From NCBI GenBank assembly GCA_038245905.1, contig JBBRRY010000045.1, positions 1 to 20,740 of the forward strand: a stretch of 20,740 bases of DNA. The letters are read 5' to 3'. How positions within the stretch are numbered: the first letter of the stretch is position 1; each line of letters begins with the position of its first letter. The position numbers and the translations under genes were made by a program. Source of the DNA: Thermoanaerobaculia bacterium (GTDB taxonomy: Bacteria; Acidobacteriota; Thermoanaerobaculia; UBA5066). The notes beneath the pieces are model-generated. The model was not told where the DNA came from. It saw only the letters and a program-made list of their open reading frames with translations, and searched no databases. Below, in pieces: positions 1 to 8,400 of the stretch.

Positions 1-1512
1 CAGGCCACGGCGCTGCCGTCGCTCGGAAGCGGCTTGGCGCAGGCTGGAAGCGTCGGCGCCACGCTCGTGACGGACCGCGCATCGGACATCCCGGCGTACT
101 TTGCCGGGCACTGGGTAGAGATTTCGGATTCTTCGAATGTGAAGAAGGGCACGTGGCGGATTGGCACGATCGCGGCAAAGACGGTCACGCTCCTGCCGAA
201 CGGCGCGGAAACGATCAGCGTTGTCGTGGGCGACAAGTGGCAGGGCGTCTATCGCTTCGACTCGGCCCCGGCAGTCACGGGTGGAGCGACGCTCACAAGC
301 GTCGATCCCATCCGCGTCGGCGGCGCGCTCGTGCGGCTCGAGTCCACCGGTCTCTCTGCGCCCGCGGAGTCTCCGCTCGTGATCCGCGCCGTCTCGCTTT
401 GCGCCGGCTTCGCGGCGCCCCTCAAGCCGGGCGGCTCGTTTACCGTCTGCGCCGATACGGGCGCGCGCGAGGTCGATCTCGAGATCTCCGGGGCGTTCGA
501 AGCGCGGGTCGCGGGCTACGGCAACTGCCAGGATCCGATCGCGATCCCCGGCTCGGCGAAGCCCGGGGCGCTGAAGATCGTCGCGACAGCGAAGGGCGCC
601 GAGGGCCGCCTCGCGTCCGCGATCGCGCACGCCAAAGTCGTCGCCGACGAGCTTTCACCGGTACTCGTCTCCGTCGAGCCGGTTGCCGAAACGACGCTCC
701 ATGCGGGCGACCCGCTGCGCGTTGCCGTCGAGACGTGGGACGATGTCGGGATTGCGTCCGTCGCGATTACGCTCGGTGGAACGAGGACGGTCCTGACGGC
801 GCCGCCGTTCGAGATTCGCGCGCTTGCGCCGGCCGTCTCGTCGAACGAGACGTTGCCGGTCCTCGTCGAGGTCTTCGACCCGTCGGGCAACGTCTCGCGC
901 CATGAGACGTCCGTCACGGTCCTTCCGTCGGGCGCGCCGCGCGCGTTCGTGGCTCCGGCGCCGGCCGGCGGAGAGCCGGGCGTCAGGCTCGAAGAGGGGC
1001 GTCTCTCGGTGGAGGGTGGCTGGCCGTGGCGCGACGCGGACGGCGAGACGCGCGGACGCACGCTCGAGCTGCCGGCGATCGGCACACACGAGGTCGCCGC
1101 GGCGGACGGCCCTGTCTTCGCGCTGGACGGTGCAATCGCGCGCGGCGCCGTGTACGGCGGCGCGGTCGTCGTGCGGCGCGGCGGCGAGATCGCTGGACGC
1201 TTCAGAATTCTTTCTGTTTCGGAAGACGGGCTGACCGTTCGGCTCGAGGCTGGAGCGGATGGCATCGTCCGAAGAGGGGATCTCTTAGAAGGTAGATGGG
1301 AATTCGACAGCATCGAGCTCTTCCGAGGGGCACGCCTCTTATCGGCGGACGCGGTTTACGCGCGGTTGGTTCGTGTAGATGCCTCGTCCCTCCTCCTTTC
1401 AAAGAATCTTCAAATTCCTTCTTCTGTTCCCTCCTCTACCGAATGCCCCTCTCACGGCGCACGGCCCGATCCGCCGGGAACGGCGCCCGTGCCTTCCGGA
1501 GGCGCGCCATGA
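1..1512 (+). CDS. 5'-truncated gene; C-terminal 503 aa of a probably large extracellular protein with Ig-like domains and two copies of an approximately 100-aa beta module
   Basis: Frame +1 is open from base 1 (CAG GCC ACG..., QATALPSLGSG) to TGA at 1510-1512, so the TTG at 34 is probably not the real start. It contains an Ig-like domain at about 646-925 (DELSPVLVSVEP...VETWDDVGIASVAI...VEVFDPSGNVSRHETSVTV) and a repeated module ending G-x-Y/W-R/E-F-D-S. Codons are GC3-rich over most of its length. Confidence 0.88.
   Translation, partial: QATALPSLGSGLAQAGSVGATLVTDRASDIPAYFAGHWVEISDSSNVKKGTWRIGTIAAKTVTLLPNGAETISVVVGDKWQGVYRFDSAPAVTGGATLTSVDPIRVGGALVRLESTGLSAPAESPLVIRAVSLCAGFAAPLKPGGSFTVCADTGAREVDLEISGAFEARVAGYGNCQDPIAIPGSAKPGALKIVATAKGAEGRLASAIAHAKVVADELSPVLVSVEPVAETTLHAGDPLRVAVETWDDVGIASVAITLGGTRTVLTAPPFEIRALAPAVSSNETLPVLVEVFDPSGNVSRHETSVTVLPSGAPRAFVAPAPAGGEPGVRLEEGRLSVEGGWPWRDADGETRGRTLELPAIGTHEVAAADGPVFALDGAIARGAVYGGAVVVRRGGEIAGRFRILSVSEDGLTVRLEAGADGIVRRGDLLEGRWEFDSIELFRGARLLSADAVYARLVRVDASSLLLSKNLQIPSSVPSSTECPSHGARPDPPGTAPVPSGGAP
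7..1356 (+). repeat. Diverged internal protein-level duplication in CDS1 (units at about 7-312 and 1060-1356)
   Basis: Unit A: TALPSLG...KGTWRIGTI..KTVTL...VVVGDKWQGVYRFDS...GGATLTSVDPI. Unit B: LELPAIG...AGRFRILSV...LTVRL...VRRGDLLEGRWEFDS...RGARLLSADAV. The motifs are collinear. Confidence 0.75.
1498..1502 (+). promoter_or_regulatory. Shine-Dalgarno GGAGG for CDS2
   Basis: GGAGG lies 6 nt upstream of the ATG at 1509, which overlaps the CDS1 stop (ATGA). Confidence 0.8.
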
Positions 1513-2381
1513 GGTTCTCCTTCGCAGCTCTTTCTTCTCTCTTTTCAGTCCTTTTCCTGGCGGCCCCCGTCCGGGCTGAGGACGCGCCAGTCGTCCTTTT
1601 CCCGGCCGCGTTCTCCGTCGAGCATCGTCTCGTTCAGACCGATCCCGACGGTGACACGTTCCAGGCCGACTCGGTCACGGACACGTACGGCGGCTCGACG
1701 CTCGTCTCGGTGCGCCCGCGCGGAAGCCGCGTCATCGTGGACTTCGGGCGGCGCACGGTCACGGACGTCAGCGTCGAGAAGTCGACGTACTGGACGCTCT
1801 CCTTCTCGCAGATGGGCGACCTCTCGCGGAGGCTGGCGAGGGCCGAAGAGCGGCCGTCGGCCGCGTCGGCCGCGTTGGCCCGGGCGCCGAGCGCGGCGGG
1901 CAAGCAGGATATCCGCATCGAGGAAGTGAGTGATGGCGGGCGCGCCCTCCTCGCCGCCCCGGGCGGTCACGCCCCGCGGGTTGGCGCGCGGCGTTTTCGC
2001 GCCTATGTCGAGAACGGCCCCTCCGCCGACGTTTGGGTGGATGGAACCGTCCGCCTGTCGCCCGCGGCCCTCGACGCGCTCGAATCCTTCGAGAAAGACG
2101 CGCTCGGTTCCGCGGCCGCTCCCGGCGTTTCGCCCGCGCAGCTCGTCGGCGCGGCGCGGCGCGCGGCGGGCGGTGCCGTGCCCGTGCGCGTCAAGCGCCC
2201 GCTCTCTTCGGCGGGAGGCGTCGTCGAGGACGTCGCGACGGCCGTCACGCCGCTTCCGGCCTTCCCGCAGAAGCTTCTCATCGTCGGCGACGGCTTCCGC
2301 CGCGTGCCGAGCCCGCTCGAAGAAATGGTCGCGTTCGCCGAGGACGAAGCTTCGCGCGATTCATCGAGGCTCGTGAAGTGA
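1509..2381 (+). CDS. Exported protein, 290 aa, DUF4412-like (by eye)
   Basis: ATG at 1509 has a strong SD and overlaps the upstream stop. Signal peptide MRFSFAALSSLFSVLFLAAPVRA|EDAP. Motifs VIVDFGRRTVTDVSVEKSTYWTLSF, ADVWVD, GAVPVRV and FPQKLLIVGDGFRRV follow the DUF4412-type pattern. The ORF-track start at 1296 is an in-frame extension inside CDS1. Confidence 0.85.
   Translation: MRFSFAALSSLFSVLFLAAPVRAEDAPVVLFPAAFSVEHRLVQTDPDGDTFQADSVTDTYGGSTLVSVRPRGSRVIVDFGRRTVTDVSVEKSTYWTLSFSQMGDLSRRLARAEERPSAASAALARAPSAAGKQDIRIEEVSDGGRALLAAPGGHAPRVGARRFRAYVENGPSADVWVDGTVRLSPAALDALESFEKDALGSAAAPGVSPAQLVGAARRAAGGAVPVRVKRPLSSAGGVVEDVATAVTPLPAFPQKLLIVGDGFRRVPSPLEEMVAFAEDEASRDSSRLVK
2366..2369 (+). promoter_or_regulatory. 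Shine-Dalgarno GAGG for CDS3
   Basis: GAGG lies 8 nt upstream of the GTG at 2378, which overlaps the CDS2 stop (GTGA). Confidence 0.6.
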
Positions 2382-2443
2382 ACCGTCGCTCCCTTTTTGC
2401 CGCGCTCGCGCTCGCCCTTCTCGGGGCCGGGTTGGCGCGTGCG
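2378..2443 (+). other. N-terminal signal peptide of CDS3 (SPase I type)
   Basis: Basic n-region (MNRR), hydrophobic h-region (LFAALALALLGAGL), A-R-A cleavage motif, and no lipobox Cys. Confidence 0.85.
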
Positions 2444-5400
2444 GCCGACGCGCCGTTCGCGATCGGGCAGCCGCTTGCGCGGCGAGCGATCTTCGGCTGC
2501 GCGGGCGTCACCGTGCAAGACGGCTCGACAGTCCGGTCCGAAGGCGTTTCGTCCTATGCCGCAAAGGAAGGGCAGGCGCACGTCGCGTCGAACGGCGACA
2601 TCCTCGTGACGTCCCGCGCCACGATCCTGGGCGACGCGACCGCCGGGCCCGGACACCTCGCCACGGTCGCGCCCGACGCCGCCGTCTCCGGCCTCACGAC
2701 GCCTGCGGCCGCCGCCGTAGATTGTGCCCCCGTGGATCTCGTGAGGCTCACGGCTTCGCTCGTATCGAACGACAACGCGAAGATTCCAAAAACCGCCCTC
2801 GGCCGAAGCGCGCTCACGGGCGCCACGGGCGACGCGCTGGTGCTGGATGCGCACGACTCGGTCACGCTGCCCGCAGGAACGTTCGTGTTCTCCTCGATCG
2901 ACCTGTCGGAGCGCGCGCACGTCAAGGTCGCGGGCGACGCGCGCGTCCTCGTGACGGGCAACGTGCGCATCACCGGGAACAGCTTCCTGAATCCGGCGGG
3001 CAGAGCCTTCCGCCTGCGGCTCTTCGTCCTGGGGACTCGCGTCACGGTCGAGTCACTTTCGACGGTCGGAGCCTTCGTGATCGCGCCGTCGGCCGAGGTC
3101 TTCGTGGGATCCGAGAGCCGCGTCCTCGGGACGATCTTCGCGAAGACCGTCACCGTGCGCGAGGCGTCCGCGGTCATCCGCCTCGTGGACGACACGCCGC
3201 CCGTGCTCACGCTGATCGAGCCGACGGGGACCGGCCTGCCCTCGCTCGCGGCGGTACGCGTGCGCGGATTCGCGCGCGACCCGGAGACGGCCGTGATCTC
3301 GGCCACGGTGAACGGACGCGTCGTCTCTCTCGAGAGCGACGGGTCCTTCGACACGACGATGGACGTCACGGCCTCGAGTGAGGTTCGCCTCGACGCCGAG
3401 AACGCGATGGGCCTCGTCGCGACGGTGCGCGTGAACCTCTGCAGCGGACCGCCCACGGTCGCCGTGCTCTCGCCGGCCGACGGCTCACTCGTGGGCGCCC
3501 GGATCGGATCGGTCTCGGGGACCTTCCGCGGCGCGACCTCCATCGCGGTAAACGGACGGCCCGCCGTGCTGGGAGACGGCACGTTCCGGCTCGACGGTTT
3601 CGACTTCGGGCCCGACGGAGTCGTCGTCGTCGCCGTCGTCGCTTCGAGCTCCTGCGCGCAGTCGTCCGTCGCCAGCGTCTTTACGCTTGATACCGCGCCG
3701 CCCGTCGTCACGATCGACACCCCGGCCCCGGGCTCCGTTCTCGCGTCGTCGCCGGTCACCGTGAGCGGGACCTTCGTCGAGCCGAATCTCGCGGAGATCA
3801 CGGTGAACGGAGTGGCGGCCGTGATTTCGGGGAATCGGTTCACGGCGGTCGTCCCGATTCCGCTCGGCCCCTCGGCGCTCGTCGCCGAGGGGCGCGACCG
3901 GCTGGGCCGCGTGGGGGTCTCGGCGCGCGTCAACGTTACGCTCGACACTCAGTCCGCTTCGGTGGTCATCACGAGTCCGATTTCGGGCGCGCTCACCGCC
4001 GATGGGACGGCGACCGTAACCGGGACGGCGAGTGTTCCGGGCCTTGCCAGCGTCCGTGTCGCCGGCCGCGCGGCGGCCGTGACGGGCACCAGCTTCACGG
4101 TCTCCGGCGTTCCTCTGGCCGAGGGTGACAACCGGCTCGTGGCCGAGGCGATCGACTCCGCGAGCCGGTCCTTCTTCTCGCAACCGGTCTTCGTGACGCT
4201 GGACTCGCTGCCGCCCGACGTCGCGCTCGACGCGTCCTCGTTCCCGCTCCTGACGAGACTCTCCACCGTCAACGTGTCTGGGACGGCAGCGGATCCGCAT
4301 CTCGGCGCGGTCACGGTGAACGGCGTCGCGGCGGTGGTTTCCGCCGGGCGCTTCACGGCCGCGAACGTGCCGCTTGCCGAGGGCGCCAATTCCGTCCGCG
4401 CGCACGCCATCGACACACTCGGTCACGCGGCGGACTCGGCCTCGGCGACAGTCGACCGCGACACGCAGGCGCCGGCTGTGACGATCACGTCGCCCACGCT
4501 GAACGCACAGCTCACGGCATCGAGCGTGACGGTCTCCGGCACGGCCGTCGACCCACATCTCGCGGGCGTCACGGTGAACGGCGTCGCCGCATCGGTATCG
4601 AACGGCCGATTCACCGCGCTGCTGACGCTTTCCGAAGGCGACACGACGCTCGTCGCGAACGCTTCGGACACTCTGGGCAACGCGGCCTTGTCGGCCGGAG
4701 TTCCCGTCACCGTCGACACGATCGCCCCGATTGTCTCGATCGACTCGCCGGCCGATCCGCTCACCGGCTCGGCGTCCGTCACGGTGACGGGCACGGTCGT
4801 CGAGCCGCACCTCCTCTCCCTCACGGTGTCGGGCGTGCCGGCGTTCGTCTCGGGCGGGAGGTGGGTCGCGACGAATGTCCCGCTCGTCGAGGGCACGCAG
4901 CGCCTCACGGCCGTGGCCGTCGACACGTTCGGTCATCGCGCCGAGTCGTCGCAGGTGGAATACCGGCTCGACTCGACACCGCCCGTTCTCACGATGGACG
5001 CTCCGGCCGCGGGTTCCGCGGCGTGCCGGGCTCCGGGACCGCCCGTGACCGTGTCCGGCCGCGTGTACGGACGCGCGGGCGTCCGGCCCGTCGTCACGCT
5101 CGGCGTGCAGCCGGCCGGCAGCGCGGCGCAGTCCTTCACGGCGGCGCTCGACGCGGCGGGGACGACGTGGACGGTCCCGGCCGTCGACCTCGGCTCCGCC
5201 GACGGCGCGGCCACGCTGACCGCGACGACGTCCGACTCGCTCGGGCACGACGTGCGCGTCCTGCGCACGTTCCGCATCAAGGCCTCCTCGCCATCTCTCA
5301 GCCTCCTCCTCGACGGCAACGCGATGCCGGGCAGCGCCGTCGGCGCGGTGGCGGCTCCCGGCGAGACGCCGGTGCTGTTCGGGCGCGCTCTCTTACCCCG

Positions 5401-8400
5401 CGCGTCCGTCTCGGACGGCCCGGGCTCAGCTCCGCCGGCGCCGGTAGTCACTCTGGACGGCGCGCCCTGGGGAGGCTCGCCGATCTCGGCCGAGGGGACG
5501 CACCTTCTCGCGGCGACCGTGACCGATTGCGCGGGTCACGCGGCATTCGTCCACGCCCTCTTCACGATCGACGTGACGCCGCCGCGGCTGCTCACGTTCG
5601 TGCCCGCCGACCAGGCGACACTGGGGGTCGCGGTCGCGTCCGTGTCCGGCACGTCGGATCCCGACCTCGCCTCGGCGACAGTCAACGGCGTTGCCGCTGC
5701 TGTCTCCGGCGGCGCGTTCGCCCGGACGCCGTTCCCATGGAAGGAAGGCGCGAACGCGCTGACGATCCAGCTCGTCGACCGTGCGGGCAATGCGGCGACC
5801 TACACGCGCAGCTTCACGGTGCGGACGATCGGGCCTTCCGTCGAGATTCTCGAGTCGGGCGCGCCGCTCGGTTCCGGCGCGAAATTCTTCCGCGCCGTGA
5901 CGCCGACCGTCCGGTCGAACGATCCCGCCGCGACGGTCACGGCGACGCTCAACGGCGCGGTGTTCGTCTCCGGCACGCCGGTAAGCGTCTCGGGCGACTA
6001 CGCGCTCGCGGCTACGGCGGCGGACGCGCTCGGCCACACGGCGACCGCGAACGCGTCTTTCAAGGTGGATCTCTCGCCGGGTCCGGAGGTCGACATCGCC
6101 TCTCCAGCGGACAGGTCCGTTCTCCCGGGCCCGACCGTCGCCGTTACGGGCACGGCGAGCGCGTCCGTCACGTCCGTCACCGTGAACGGGCGCATCGCGA
6201 CGCTCGCCGGTGCGACGTGGGGGCTGCCCGACCTCGTTCTCCCGCCCGACGTGCCGTCCGAGATCGTCGCGATCGCCTTCGACGCGGCAGGGCGCACGGC
6301 GTCGGCCACCCGCCAGGTCACCGTCCGAGCCTCCGGGCCGCAAATCGCAATCCTCGAGCCGGCCGACGGGGCGAAGACGAATCGCAAGAAGATCGACGTC
6401 GCGGGCGCGGTCGTGGGCGGCCCGTCCGCGACGGCAAACGGCAGCGTCGTCGTCGCGGGTCAGACGCTCTTGCTGGATGCTCTCGGGACGTTCCGTGCGA
6501 AGGACGTGGCCCTGCAGACCGGCGCGAACACGATCACGGCTTCCGCGACGGACCCGCTGGGCCGCACCGGCACGGCTTCGGTCACCGTCACGACCGACTC
6601 GGCGGCTCCCGGTATCGCGATCGCGGCGGACGGCCAGCCTCTTGCCGAGGGCGCGAGCTTCGCGCGGCCGTTCACGGTGCGCGTGACGATCACCGACGAC
6701 ACCCTGCCGCTCCCCGTTCCGGCGATCCGCCTCAACGGCCAGGACAAGGGAGCGACGGCGGCCGTGACGGACCTCCCGATCGCGCAGGCGGGCGGATACG
6801 TCCTTTCGGTCGTGGTGCGCGACGCGGCGGGCAACGAGAGCCGAGCCGATCGGAGCTTCGTCCTCGCCTCGGGCGGCTGCGCGGTCTCGGCCCTGGATCC
6901 CGGCGACGGCGCCGTCGTGGCGGCGCCGAAGGTGACGCTCAAGGGCCGGAGCGGTGACGCGGCGTCCGTCACGGTCACGTCCGCGGGCCAGACGTTTGCC
7001 GCTCAGCTCGCCGACGGCACGTTCGCGGCGGGCGACGTGCCGCTCGCAGCGATGGGCGACAACCCTCTCTCGATCGCATGCACGGACCGCGCGGGCGCCG
7101 TCTCGACCACGAACCTGAACGTCCGGCGTCTCCAGGACGGCGCGGGCCCGGTCGTGCGCATCGTTCAACCCGCCGGCGGCGCGCGCCAGACCGGCGGCAC
7201 AGTCACCGTGAGCGGCACAGTCTCCGATCCGGCGGCCGCCGTGACCGTGAACGGCGTCAAGGCGACGGTCGCGTCCGGCGGGTTCTCGACGGGTCCGCTG
7301 CCGCTCGTCGAGGGGCCGAACGTTCTCGCAGCTCGCGCCGTGGACGCGGCGGGCCGGAGCGGGGAAGACCGCGTCGTCGTCTTCCGCGACTCGGCCGCGC
7401 CGAAGGTCGCGATCACGTCGCCGCCCGACGGTGCGCACGTCGGCAAGCCCGGTTCCGGTCCAGTCGTCGTCAACGTCTCCGGCTTCGTCGACCTCACCAG
7501 CGAACCGAACCTCGCGTCCGTCGTCGTCGCGACGAGCGCAGGCTCCGTCACCGCGACGGTCGACGCCGACACAGGCGCTTTCTATGCGGGCGGCGTGCCG
7601 CTCGCGACGACGTCGCCTGGCGTGTCGCAGAGCGTGACCGCGACCGCGACCGACACGCTCGGCCAGAGCGTCACCGCGACGGTCGGCGTGATCTACGACC
7701 CGGCGGCGCCCGCGCTCGTCCTCGGGCAGCCCGTCGACGGCACGCGCTTCAGCGAGACCTCGCCTCCGTCGTTTGCAGCCTCCGGCGACGCCTGGGCGAA
7801 GGACGGCGCAATCGTCTCGATCAACGGTGGCGGCCTCGACGGCCTCACGTGGGACGCCCCCGCCGCCGACGGGCGCCGGCACGCGAGCTTCACGCCGCAA
7901 GTCACGATGCCCGCCACCGAGGGCCCGTTCGGCGTCATCGCGCGCGTCGAGGAGCCTTCCGGCGCGTATGCGAACGACAAGCGCCTCCTCTTCAAGGACG
8001 TCACGGCGCCCACGGTCGTCGACATGCAGCCCGCCGACGGTGCGAAGCAGGTCGACGCGAACGAGATCCCGCTCGTCCTCTTCAGCGAGAACGTCCGGCC
8101 CTCGTCGCTTTCGGCAGCGGACGGTTTGACGCTGACGCGCGTTGCGACGGGCGACAAGGCTGTCGGCACGTTCACGATCGCGGGCAGCGCGGTCGCGTTC
8201 GCGCCGGGCGCCGCAATGGTGCGCGGCGAGGCATACAAGTTCCGCGCGGGCGCGGGGGTCACGGACCTCGTCGGGCACCCTCTCGCGGCCGCGAAGGAAG
8301 TCCAGTTCACGGTCGCGGCCGTCGGAACCTCGGCGCCGCCCGTGCTCGACGCCCTGCCTCCGGTCGTCTGCGCGACGCAGCTCGTCGTCGCGGGCGCCGC

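Noticed and set aside
34-36. TTG start for CDS1 given by the ORF track
   Set aside because: The frame is open to base 1 and the repeat module begins upstream of 34, so the gene almost certainly starts outside the window.
1296-1508. Longer 361-aa version of CDS2
   Set aside because: It overlaps CDS1 by more than 200 nt. The ATG at 1509 has the SD, the ATGA overlap and an immediate signal peptide.
2381-2401. Possible Tat motif (NRRSLF) in the CDS3 signal peptide
   Set aside because: It fits RRx-hydrophobic-hydrophobic only loosely. The n-region is very short, and folded export of a >6000-aa protein via Tat is implausible. Sec is preferred; SignalP would be the check.
3619-3640. Short GTC trinucleotide run as a phase-variable repeat
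   Set aside because: It is in frame, short, and simply encodes a Val-rich beta-strand using the preferred codon.
4861-6957. Long alternative-frame + strand ORFs (e.g. 698, 563 and 568 aa)
   Set aside because: R/G/A/P-rich off-frame translations expected at high GC. The frame +2 product has coherent domains throughout, so no frameshift or overprinting is needed.
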